Positions 12,701 to 24,752 of a stretch of DNA of 64,000 nt are shown one piece after another. The notes beneath the pieces are model-generated. The model had not been told where the DNA came from and did no database searches. It worked only from the letters and a program-made list of their open reading frames with translations. Position 1 is the first letter of the stretch. Each line of letters opens with the position of its first letter. The translations under genes were made by a program, and so were the position numbers. Origin of the DNA: Dicyema japonicum (Eukaryota; Animalia; Dicyemida); assembly GCA_011109175.1 (NCBI GenBank), contig RDEW01000104.1:15133-79132 (forward strand), written 5' to 3'.

Positions 12701-13729
12701 TAATTCTATGGTGAGACATTGCGGGGACATTAAATTCTTCCAATTTGACCAATTATTTAAAGCTCTTGCAATGAAATTAAATATAAAAAATTAAAATAGT
12801 CTTTCATTTATTTTAGAAACCAAATTCGATGGCAAACTCAGAATCCATAAGAGAGAACTAGGGGGAACATCCCGTTAATGTAGATATTGCTAACATTAGT
12901 GATAAACTTCATTTATCAGACGTATAATTATTAAGTGAAATGTTCGGAGAAGAACAAGGGAATCCACTATGTTTATTTGTGGTGACCTGAAAATTAGCGA
13001 TCTTTCCTCAGACATCTGTCCCCCATTGATTTTCTTGAAAATTCTTTCGGTAAAACACAAATTATTCGACATGAAAATTATGGGCCAACCCACACGAGAT
13101 ATGTTAAACCTCAGGAAAACATTTTCCGTGATATCTTGCTTCATGCTAGTAACTAGTTCTTGAGGAATATGGTTGCTTCCGATATCCATACCGTTTTCTG
13201 TCTATCACCTAGCAAAATAGGGAGACGATACTAGGTATACATTCATTATGTAACCACCGTGAAAATAATCAGTAATAATTAATCGGTGGAGAAAGCTAGG
13301 CGCACGATACGTCTCTTAAGAGTAATTGCCCAGAACTTGATCGTGTTATGGTTTTCCGTATTTTTCTGTCAAATGGTACTCTCCGAATCATCAGCAATGA
13401 TGGAGGACCTATCCAATACAGCGTTCCAAACCAGTCCTCCGATGCCTTTGGTCGAGTTATTGTCAATTTTTTGAATTGGTTATTGTCAATTTTTCGGCTG
13501 AGTAATTTATGCCAGTTTAAAAACAACAGGTGCGTTATAGTAGAAATTATTGTACTTTAGTTCTTCGCTTGAGTCAAAAAATGGCAAAGGTGGTCTGGTT
13601 CCGAGGTTTAATTTAAGAATTAGAAGTTCCTCATACAGAGGTAATCCACTGGGGAATTTTGGTTTTCCAGTGTAAAAGATGTGACGATTTTCGATCCACA
13701 TCAAAAATAGTAATTATTTAATTTATTTA

Positions 13730-14450
13730 TTTTTTTTTTTTATAACAAAAATTTATTAACAATAAAATATTATTTATTAACTATGGGGGAGAGCGGCTGC
13801 TGACATCACGGAGTAAGCGTTTCCGCGAATAACAGCGATACCAATTCTTTGCCTCAGCCAGACCGCTTCCCGCACGTCTTTCTTGCGGTGGGCCAATTTT
13901 CCCCCGATTTCCTTTAGGAAAGAGGCTGTAATACTTCCAGCCGCACCAGACGTCTCGATTGCTATCGGTACAAAACGGTAGCGGTCTCCAATTTCGCCAT
14001 ATTTTTTAATCTTGATTTTTTCGGCCAGATCGGCTGCCGATCCAGCAGACTGCGCCGAGCTGAGCATCATCGAGTTCGAGAAAGAATCCACAACAGTGCA
14101 GTCCCATACGAGCGATTTTCCCTCAGTGAACGGAAAGACAGTTAACCCATCCGGTCTTTTCCCATCTCCGCGGTCCAATCCCACAGGTTCCAATACTGCC
14201 GGGAAGCCTGCCGCTTCAAGAGCTCGCAAGACAATGTTGTTCATAGCAGCATGGCGGGGTGCTCTGCCCGCACTCCTTTTGCACGAGAGCGGGTGCAGCC
14301 CTTTGGCATCGACGATCCCTCCACAGCGACATTGGTGTTCGACGCAAACATCAGCTCCCAGGCGTTGTGCGATTCCAATCCGAATACAGTCATCGTCCAA
14401 TAGGGTCCCCAGGGAGGAAGACGGGAGTGCATCCAGCCACGCTCCGTTTT
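13730..14450 (-). mobile_element. CRE-like non-LTR element, 5'-truncated, intact Zn-finger plus restriction-like endonuclease ORF, A-rich tail
   Basis: Open 207-aa ORF: HQCRCG..HPLSC (CCHC), RPDG, SLVWDCT, K.KKY, PIAIETSG, QRIGIAVIRGN; high GC suggests a young copy. Confidence 0.9.
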
Positions 14451-14545
14451 TTTATTAACAAAAATTTTTTTTTAACAATTAAACAAATGTCAGTTGAGGA
14501 AGCCTGCTGCGTGGATTGCGAACGAGTTCCCTCGGAGAGAGTTCC
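14450..14545 (-). mobile_element. ~90-nt 3' end of a second CRE-like subfamily fused to the 5' end of the previous element
   Basis: CTCCGAGGGAACTCGTTCGCAATCCACGCAGCAGGCTTCCTCAACTGACATTTGTTT is near-identical to 41940-42000 and 62940-63000. Confidence 0.85.
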
Positions 14546-16379
14546 TTTAATTTATTTAAATTATTGCGAACGAGTTCATTTAATTTATTTAAATTATTAA
14601 TTTTATAAATTTTTATTATAATAAAAAATAAAATTAATGAATTTTTACGTTATTTTTGATGGTGTCTAAGAATAGTGAATTCTAAGCAATTTTACTATTA
14701 GCTGATAAGTAGATTTCTTTCTAAACCTCATGAAGACTATGAAATATTTTGGGGTGATATTCATGATAATCAATCGAAAAAAGTATTCTAAACTGATTAT
14801 AATCATCTGAGCATTCACAAATGCTTAATCAGCTTAAACTTGGAAATTCCACAAATTTTAAATAACTAAACGTATAATTCCAAATCACTCAACAACTGAC
14901 AGAACTGGTTAGAGTCTTCGAGAAGACATAATCAATTGATTTTGACGTCATTTTAAGCTACCAGATTGTCTGTTACTTTTTTCATCTCCAACAAGAGCAA
15001 TGCAAATTGTGAGGTTTCTCTCCTAATTACCTCCCACAAACATAGTGATCCCGCGATTCTGTTAAATCAACGGAAAAAGTTTTAATTTTTTAATAGCAGA
15101 TCGAACGTCAAGCTCTTTAAAGAAGAACCTGAGACGAGGTCGAACAATGATAGTCCACAATAGAATCCAACAGAAAGGTTGCTTGTCTTTTAATCGAAGA
15201 CTGAGTAAATATGCTACCCACTCGAGGACGTCTCCAGGCGGAGAGAAAGGGTTAATGTCTATAATTTGATGAAGGTCTGGTTCGATTGTGAGATTAGTGC
15301 AAAGTCAGTCGGAGAAGGACATCAAGGCAGTCCTCGAATTGAACGAAGGCACTCTAAAGTCTGCCTTCAGTCTGACGGACTACGAGAGGGCAGTAATGAT
15401 AGCATGGACGTTGAAAGTGCCATGAACATGCAGATCGAGCTGAACAGACTGCAGTGTCTACAGGAAAGGTTTGAGAAGAAAGTCAGATTTACATCAAATA
15501 TATTATGATGGGCTAAATAGAAAGGACGATTGTTTTTGCACGAAGCCAGATCTTATTCTAATTTTATTTATAACAAAAAACGAGAATCACCTACAATTAA
15601 AAAAGAGTAGGGGCCGTCAGGTTAACCCGGACACTTTAAACAGCCATTTCATTCTTTCTCAATGCTCCTCCCAGTCCCGATACACTTCCTATATAGATGA
15701 ATCACTTTTTGAAAGTAGCTAAGACTTTCGATTTTTCTTTTTTCTCCATCTTTTTGAAAACAATCTATCATTTCTTGTTCCTTTATAAACTGCCACCTGC
15801 ATTAATTTCTATCATCAGTAATAAAACCATTGATTGCATCTATCTTTTAAATTTAATCAACAAGTGAATTATCAGGTTGATAATATTTACACTTGGCTGC
15901 CTAGAGTTGTTTATCATAAATTCACAGATTTCACATATTCACAGGTTATAAGAATTTTTGATGTATTTTTATTTCAATCAATCTTTTCTGTGCAATGGAA
16001 ATGTCCTTCCTTTTCGAGCCATGTGGCACTTTGGAAATTAAAATTTAAATTCAATTAAAAAAATAAATTAATGAGACTCATCACATCAATATCTGCCAAT
16101 GAGCGAACCAATCCACTGTAGTAGAAAGCGAGCGATCATTTTTAAATGCCGTAGTGGCACTGGGCAATTTTCTCGATTCACGTGGATCTCTATTGATGCT
16201 TAAGAATTAGAGAAAGCAAAAAAAGAAAGGATCCTTGTTAATGTAGGTGGAAGTGTAGGAATCTAACTCACAGCCAATCGTGAGTGAAAGCATTAACCAC
16301 TTTATTATTATCTAACATCGATAAAGGAATCATCAAAAAAGAAGGAGTTAACTATCAATTAAGAGACTTCGACAGAATG

Positions 16380-16600
16380 AGAGGTTTTTGCTGTGTTGCA
16401 TCATAGTACCACAGCTTTACTAAATCCAATCTTTATTCTTTAATAAGAATTTTAAAGAGGTGGGTTATTTTCCAAAATTTACGTGTTTTGTTGACTTGTA
16501 TAGCTGATTAGTAGAAACGATAGGATTCGGAGCCGCATAGTAATGAAGCTGGAATTATTTTTCAAGATTCTCACGTTGTCGAGTAATGGAGGAATAGTTA
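16380..16600 (-). mobile_element. LINE 3'-region fragment
   Basis: CATAGTACC(C)ACAGCTTT...GATCGGATTCGGAGC shared with 26250-26420 and 34450-34620. Confidence 0.65.
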
Positions 16601-16761
16601 AGGAGAGAAATTGATAATGTTAACTATATTTTCAATAATTAAAGATATTTAATAAAAATGGTAATGAAATATCTTTTCATAGATATTTAATATATAATTA
16701 TATCAAACAATTAAGATAAAAATTTAAAAAAATAAATTTGACCTAATAAAATTTAGACTAC

Positions 16762-18058
16762 ATGAACAGAACTATTTATTATATCATAATTATTCTGTTT
16801 AGCAAAATAGTCAAAATAAAATGTGATGAGAGATATATATTAATTAATTCATATGTAATTTTCAAGAATCCTTCAATAGTATATATTTCTTATACTTTAG
16901 GAATATAGTTATCAAGGTTACTTTCCGAGAAACATATAGATGTATGGCAAACTAATGGTACGGATTTGTCTTCTTTAACTAACATAAAATTTAAACTTAT
17001 TCCATACTTCTACAATGAGTTTTATACTATTGACTTAGTAACAGAAATTGATTATGGTACGTTTTTTTGTTGTACTTAAGCTGGTAAGCGATATACTAAT
17101 ATCACAAAGATTCCTAACACTAAATATGGGGAATACTACCGATGTGGTTATGCTTATATTAGTTTTCGAATAATATATCTGTTACATTTTATTCAATCAA
17201 GTTGCAATATCACGATAAAGGTTTTTTGCATCATTTTTTCAAAAAGGTTTTTATTAAAATTTATTTAGCTAATGACTGTAACCCAAATAATGACCCAAAT
17301 ACGCCGATTTGGTTTATATGTAACAAAAAGAGAATCCGAGCAGTAATAAGTGGAATTATCAAAATATCATATATTGACAATAGCGAAATTGTACACGTTT
17401 GCATTGATTCTTAGATACAGATGAACATTTCGATGATTATTACTATAATGTCTTAACACATAATTATAATGACAATAAATATATATTGTATGGTGATTAT
17501 TTTAAAATATCTATTACGGCGTATAAACAATATGGGAATGAATATCGTATTAATAGATTTTCTGTTTGTGTTGGTGATAAAAATGATAAATGTGTTTCAC
17601 TTAAAAAGCAATTTAAACAAATTAAAATGGGAGGATATAATCACTGTGGATCCATCTCACAAAACTATAAAAATGTGTCAATCGAAATTTCATCTTTTAA
17701 ATTACAATTTTTCCGTGATGATTTGATTTTTGAATTTATTGGAGATGGTAAATAAATCCGACTGAATTTTAGATGAAGGATGCTTTGAAGAACAAACATC
17801 GAATGAAATTAAAGACAAAAAAAACATATTAAACATCGTAATACTGTAAAACCGACTAAATTTTAGATAAAATAATTTTGACGAACTAATTTCGTCTGAA
17901 AGTAAACCCGTAAAAAAATTGACGAAAAATCAAATAATTGGAATCGTGTCTGGAGTTGTTGGACTAATATTCATATCTCTCACTGTCGCTATTTTATCAA
18001 ACTGAAATCACATACTGAAATACAGGAAAGCATTCCATTAATCTTTGTAACTAACTAA
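16762..18058 (+). CDS. LAMP-like type I membrane glycoprotein, lineage-specific, with mini-introns; possible frameshift near the C-terminus
   Basis: Signal peptide MNRTIYYIIIILFSKIVKIKC; DCNPNNDPNTPIWFI; GGYNHC...EISSFKLQFF...EGC; TM GIVSGVVGLIFISLTVAI; tail ...QESIPLI after a 1-nt shift; paralogous to 31778-32938. Confidence 0.6.
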
Positions 18059-18199
18059 TTTTAATTTGTAAACACTCTTCACTTTATTTGAATTTATTAA
18101 ATTATTTGAACAACAGTCGATATTCGAAAAACTTACAAAATTTTGAAATTTGACAATTGTAACAAAGTATACCAGATGATTTATCCTAACTTTGGCATC

Positions 18200-19230
18200 G
18201 GAAACCCCTTGTTCAACATAAAAGATCTTTGGCTAACAGGAGAAGACCAATTCGTCGAATCTGATAAATAATGAACAAGGTCCCAAGCATTATTATTCTA
18301 TGATCAATATTTCGGACATACTAACAAGACAACAATTTTCCCATTTATAATATAGGCTGCCTTTACAGTCCACTTCGCTCAAATAAATTAATAATGTGTA
18401 CCACAATAGCTTGTACGACTATGAGTAGTTATTTTTTATCATGTCAAGACCAATGTAAAAACCCATAACTACATTTAACTAGTACTGGACAGAAAACGGT
18501 CTTTTATCCTCATTGCAATACTCCGAAAGCGTCTGTGCTGGGCATTTTATTAGGGAAAACCAGTCTTCCGTTACTCTGTATGCCCTTTTCTTTTCGGCTT
18601 ATATCTAAAAATCAACACCAGGACTTTGGTTCCAGTTTCAAAATTCATATTGATAGTAATATTTCGGTTTTCTGAATACGTGCTTGTGCAGGGACGAGTA
18701 AGGAGCATCGGGCCAAACTAAGGTCCTGCTAGAACGAACTGGGATCACGTAATTAGTTTGTTTGTGTGATCGTGGTCTCTGGTGTTATTATTATTATTCC
18801 ACCTTATTAGTAGATTGACGAACTGTGATTGCAGAGGTGATGTCCATTCCTCTGCACTCGGATAAATCAGTCTAAATCAAGGTATTTCAAATGATGACTA
18901 TTTGGACAGGTATAGTGTGGTGGTTGTGGTGTCTTTCATGACAAGCTGAAATTTATATCCGACCAGTGCATCCACACAGTACCCGCTTACAAAATTCACT
19001 GGATAACCTGAACATTTTGATACGATGAACAAACTACACACAATTCAAAAAAATTCGTGCTCCATAATTTTTACTTCGAATAGAAGATTCTATGATGGTT
19101 TCGAAGTGGAGGTGGTTGGACGGTGTGAATTTGTTGCATCTGATTATTTTCGAATGACTCCATTTAAAACACAGAAGTTTTTAAATTTTTGCTCAGGAAT
19201 GCTAATTGACAAAATGTGAGATTAAACGTT
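18200..19230 (+). mobile_element. Two adjacent degenerate LINE fragments
   Basis: GGGATCAC-GTAATTAGTTTG 3' end at 18741 followed by an ATT-repeat tail; RT-like NSCSIIFTSNRRFY at 19050. Confidence 0.6.
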
Positions 19231-19479
19231 AAGATTTAGACCGGAAATATATTTGGGACATCAACAATTCTGAGATGTCTGAATTCAAGACTGGACAATG
19301 ATCATTCTTTAACGAACCTTTAATTCCTCGCATTTTGATCTAATCGTCGACTCTGTCTTGTTGTTGGTAATGCCCTTCTGATTATAAATAGAATTCATCA
19401 GGCATTTCCATAAACGTAGCAATTTTAAATAGCTGGGCAATCTGTTCAATATTATATTGTTAAGGAAACTTTCAATCTT

Positions 19480-19960
19480 ATATTTAATTATTTCTGATAC
19501 ACCGAGAAAAAAACATCAAATAACTAAAGAACAGGCCAATCTTAATCAGTGGATCATCTAACTACGGAAATAATTTTGCGACTCTGTTGATAGGCTTTGA
19601 AAAAAGCCATCGATTTACCTGATCATGATCGGGTTTTACTTCTTGTATAGGGTACTTGATAACTCTGCCTTCCCTACTGGAATGTAGATTTTGCGAAAAA
19701 CTTATTCACGAAATTGAAAATTAAGCGATTATTATTGTCAACCACAACCTAGGATCTCTTTTTTATGCAACTAACTATCTGCTGTTTATGGACGACCTAA
19801 AAATATTATCTCGAGAAGAAAGCACAACGATTGTGATCATGAAAATAATTTCTTCTTAGAAGCAGCTGAACCTGAATAAAATGTCGTAAAATATACAACT
19901 AATATGCTCGGTTTGGATATAAGGCTAATTTGCTTGACCGAATGGATAGATATCGGTGTG
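19480..19960 (+). mobile_element. R4/Dong-like RT fragment
   Basis: NYLLFMDDLKIL (R4-type xMDDLK motif) near 19780; upstream KKAxD-like segment. Confidence 0.65.
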
Positions 19961-20099
19961 TTAGAGCAGTTTTTTCTCAACAACGTCGATTCATACTTCA
20001 GGGGCAAATTTTATAGGTTAAGGAACTTTTTTTTCTTTCTGGAACTATTTTTGAATTAAAGAATTATGATATGTCTCAATCATAATAAATAATCTGTGA

Positions 20100-21290
20100 T
20101 ATTTTGTTAGTTGAGTAACACCGGCCTTTTTAACTTGTAAGAGGCAGCAGCTATTAAATAGGACGCTGAAGATAACGGTCGCTACCAATTTTCGATGTGG
20201 ATCAACCTCACGTCGAAAAAATTGGATACCAGTTTTAATCTGGCAACTGAGTAACCATAATTATTCCCTGTCAACATGTTCAACGACCTCGGGAATTCGA
20301 CTAGATATTGGCAGTTATTTATCGGTCGCATAGCCCCAGAAGTAAGAGAAATTCGCAGATAAATTAATTGCTGTTTGAAATTTAAAAATTGAATCAAACA
20401 TACTCTCCAAAGTCTTCCGTAACACTAGCGTCAGTATATGAGCTTTGAGCCTCTCCTCCACCTTGAGGGCATCCAAGTGGCCTTTGAAAAATCTCGAGAC
20501 AATTCCATCGACTGCGATGGGTACAAAAATTATTTTCATCTTTGCGTGATGGATAATATCAAGTCCGTTGGCCAGTAAGTCATACTTGTGGAACTTTTCT
20601 ACTGCGACCTGCTTGAGGCAGTTTTGCAAAGTGATCCCAATTTTAACTACAGTAATCGTATTTTTTGTCTTATCATAAACGATAATGTTGGGTTTATTAT
20701 TCGTTATAGCCGAATCCGTACTGATCGTTATGTCTACACGAATCTCCACAAATTCATTTGCGAAAACAGATGCAACCTGAATCATTCTCCACTTACTTTT
20801 CTCAGCGTTTTGTTAACCAAATTCAGACGAATCTTCCATTTTGTGACAAGTTTCCTAATAAACCTGACAATCAAGCATGGAAGACCAATTTTGTAATACC
20901 TGATGCAGAAACTGGTGGTCAACCGAGTCATAAGGTTTTATTTTACGTCAATCCAAGTGGAATTCAAACTGTTTACATTTTGTTGATTTACGGACTTGTT
21001 GACGATAGCCCGTTCTTATGCACCTTTGTGCATTTTTGCGTTCCCAGTTGATTATCAGTGATTAAGGCATATGATATAATGTATTCTGATAATTTTTTGT
21101 TCAAACACTTTGTCAATATTTTTATCAAATTAGGCATATAATCTTCTACATCTCCTCACAAAGATATCCATGAACAGGAAGTGAAGTTCTTGTTAAATAA
21201 AGTGGTAGACATCATCACAACCAGATGGCTTCCAATTTGGAAACATCTTGATAGTCTCGGTGATTTCCTCTCCATGCTAAAAATAAATTT
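20100..21290 (-). mobile_element. R4/Dong-like RLE non-LTR element with internal deletions
   Basis: PNWKPSGCDDVY, NQLG, WIDVK..YDSVDH, then directly the RLE domain TDSAITNNKPNIIVYDK...EKFHKYDLLAN...VLRKTLES. Confidence 0.85.
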
Positions 21291-21489
21291 TATTTTGTTA
21301 AAAAAATATAAAATAGATAAAATCTAATTATTTAAATAACTACTAAAATAACAAAACCTTTAACCAAAAATATTAAATTTAAGCCTTGTTCTTTTATCCA
21401 TATACGTGAAACTTTAACTCTAAACACTAACTCTTACAGAAAACCCTCAAAGTGTAAATTATTAAACATAATTTATTAATTAAATTATT

Positions 21490-22400
21490 TAGCGTTTTCG
21501 ATCACTTTAACTCGTGACCTGTGAATATTTTCATCCTCATTGTTATTGAGAAAACAATTATCTCCCTCAATTGTACGATGAGCTGGATTTTCGCCATGAT
21601 CTCCTCGTTTGAAGACCTTTTCACCAACTTTTAAAGTTTCTTCGTCGTTTCTCCATTTTTTCAATCATCTTTAGTGCTGCTACTTTGGTATATATTTGTG
21701 CCTCTTCCCTTGCTTCATCCACTCCATAAGACAGAAAATTAGACAAATCCTTCGAATTGCTTCATATGGATACTTACATCCCATATATATGAAGAATGTC
21801 ATTTGTTTCGTTGTCACGTGTATCGAATTGTTGTAATTAAAAACAATTTTTAAATGAAGAACATAACTCCCAAACTCCACTGGAAGCGGATGTAAAGGAA
21901 ATCCATTTTTTATTGATTGGTTAAATCTAAATTTGTAATTTCTTTTTTACCTCTCTACTTGACCTTGTATCCATGGATTTATTTTTAAATTCTTTTCCGA
22001 TATCCGTGTGTAGTAATAACGGGGGGCCACATGTATAAAAAATTTTTTTTAAAGTTTCAACTACTTCCTTTGAATTTTTTGAGTAGAGTTTCGACCATAC
22101 CATATTTGCTAAAGCAATCAACAACTGTCAAAAGCTACAGAAAATTAATGAGAAAAAATACCACTGTCAATAGATTTTATTATTCTTTTAGCATCCTTGT
22201 AACATCAAAGATATTTAAAAGTGGTCTTCATTTTTACATATCTCATTAAGTTTTGAAAAAAACCCAACTCAATTAATGGAACAATCACTGACTCTCCAAT
22301 CTATGGGAACAGCCTTTTTTCGAGACCAATTCAGATATTTTATAGGAGGTTTCCAGTCTTTACAAAAAAAACTAACTAAAATGCTAACAATTAGTTTGTG
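21490..22400 (-). mobile_element. DDE (rve) integrase-type transposon remnant (Ginger/IS481-like)
   Basis: LTVVDCFSKYGWSK.YSKNSKEVVETLKKIFYTCGPPLLLHTDIGKEFKN; C-terminal LKVGEKVF. Confidence 0.75.
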
Positions 22401-22429
22401 TTTTCTGTAGTTTTTTTGATTATAAGATT

Positions 22430-22758
22430 GTTAAAATAAATCTCCCTTAGTTTTCCAAGTATTTGATAGGTTTGTCAAGTTTAGACGAATGCCTGCTTCG
22501 CAAAATGCTGCAATATTCTTGATTGCTTCATTTGACAAAATAACATTGCATATTAAACAATAAGGGTTTGTTTCATTAATGGGAATAAGCTCAATAGAAT
22601 CTGCTTTGATAATTACGAACACCTTTTAATAATTTCTAAAATTGAGAGTTATTGAATTTTTATTTAATTAAATCTATTTTACTTTTTATTAATGCTTTCG
22701 TTTTTTCAATAAAAATTAAAAAAATCAATAATTCCATAGTTCAAGTTGAGAAGCACTG
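22430..22758 (-). mobile_element. hAT (Buster/Charlie) 5' end: TIR plus BED-finger fragment
   Basis: TIR CAGTGCTTCTCAAC at 22758-22745; PYCLICNVILSNEAIK. Confidence 0.75.
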
Positions 22759-23181
22759 ATATACGTACAGCCTTGCTGGATGATCATTAATGTTTATTCA
22801 ATTTGAGCTCCACCTAGAGCTTCTAATGTTCTCATCACTTCGTCCATGTTCATGAGAAAAAAAAAAGGGATTTCATCCATCACTAAGACAAGTAGTTATT
22901 CTCCCCCCATAAAATTACATAACCCCCAAATTTCCAACCAATTACCAAACAAAGCATACTCAAATACCCGTGCTAAATACAGCTTCAGGGAGTATATCAA
23001 TCCACCCAAGAAATGTTCAGAATGATGCACCACCTATCTAAGCTACACCACCATCAAAAGCATAATCTCCTATAAGATGATGCAGCAACTAAGCAATTTC
23101 ACAAAATACTTAAGAGGCAAGCAATACTTTCCCCACCAAGCATATTAAAAACAAAGAGAAAATCATAAATATTTTAAATAC

Positions 23182-24752
23182 TTAATCTTCTGTTTTTAAT
23201 AGAGAATCAGGCAAATCACTGATTGCACTACAATTTGAGAAATTTCTTAAATGATTTTGACCAAGAAAATCCTCGGCATTCAAAGTGTCTGATTTAGAAG
23301 CCAAAAGAACATTCTTTGGACCCTCAACCTCTTCAACATGCTGAGATATCGGCTTCGACATAATACTGCTAGAAAAAGAAACAGCGCTTCCATCCGAAAA
23401 ATTCCGAATGTGAGATTTATCGATTTTTAGTTTACTTGGAACTTTTTTTCCCGCCTTAAAAGCCTCAGCATGTTTATCCAATGTCTCAATGTAGCACTTC
23501 CTAGAGATCTCCTTCAAGGACTCAAGCCTCGCAACAGAAGGCTTCCTTGAGCTCACCAAGGATTACCTCAACCCCCGAATAATCAAAGACCCCGATGATT
23601 GAAGCAGGGATGCGGTTGCTGATGAGCTTCCCGAGACGATGGCGACTCAGGGCAAAGACATAGGGGACATTCTGCTCTCTGCACAACGTCAGCATCCTGT
23701 CAATGCAGTCATTCAGCCCACCTGACATTACACAGTAAATAAACCCTTATCCTTGATATTCTCGATATTAGGGGCAACCAGTAGCAGTCGTATTCTCTTG
23801 TTAGTGAGGTGTTTGATCACCTCCCGAATCCCAATTGTGAAGCGTAGTTTGGTTTTCGCCTAAATAGCAAGGACTCCCTACCTTATAAGAATTCTTCTGC
23901 ATATTCCTGTTCTGGAAGAACTTCAACCGTTCCACAATCTCTGAGACCACCTCATCGATCTCAATAGTCGTGAAGTGATCACAGTATCTGGGATAATCAC
24001 TTGAAGCTAACTCTCGGAATTTGTCACTGTGGATGACCTCTTTGGCCATCTTAATGAAGGTGAGGTCGTCGTTTGGTGGAATATCTTCTTCCCTGTCCTC
24101 ATTGGGCCTATTCCGCTCACGAATTATCACCAATTTAATGTTGAAAGCAAAATACCTTCTTTAATGTGGTCAGTCGGCCTTTCTCGGACTTTTTTCCGGG
24201 ATAACTTTTCGGCGCGGAAGAATCAAGAACATTTAACGGATTCTGGTGGTTTGCAGGCCTTAGAGTTGGTTTACTCGAGACTTTAACATATTTTGAAGGG
24301 TCCTTGGCTGTCTCTGGTAACTTTAACGGTTCCGGGTTCTGAAATACTAAAAAAACGTGAAATTACGAAAAAATCAACGAACTTCCCCCTTCTTGACTTT
24401 TCTCGTTTAAATTTGGGTTGTTCTAATTTTGTTGTGAGGTCACTCATTCCATTGGTGATCTCTTAACGTTATTTTAACGGAAGACCTTCGACTGCGGGAG
24501 GGGGAGCCACAGGGTCGGGAATTGGGGGAGAATTCTCATAAGTAGGACAATACTGACTTTGGGCTTGGTAGTAGAAGTACATGGGGTCATAGTAATATCC
24601 CCCATAATATATAAACGGCTGTTGGGGGTAAATATTTTGATAATAAAGTGGATTGGGAGCAGGAAAGGCATAATTGTTGGGACTTTAAGGTGAATTTGAA
24701 AATAAAACTTTTTGAAGCTCTCGTTGCCGTTATTCCCCTTTTCTGAGTTCAT
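23182..24752 (-). CDS. SECISBP2: SECIS-binding protein 2 (SID plus L7Ae domains), ~7 introns including a GT-TG intron
   Basis: Spliced NVLDSSAP..GKKSEKGRLTTLKKVIIRER (SID), KAKTKLRFTIGIREVIKHL..APNIE..GGLNDCI...EQNVPYVFALSRHRLG..SIIGVFDYSGVE (L7Ae). Confidence 0.88.

Noticed and set aside
14012-14600. Plus-strand ORFs of 148 and 113 aa
   Set aside because: Antisense shadows of the GC-rich CRE ORF.
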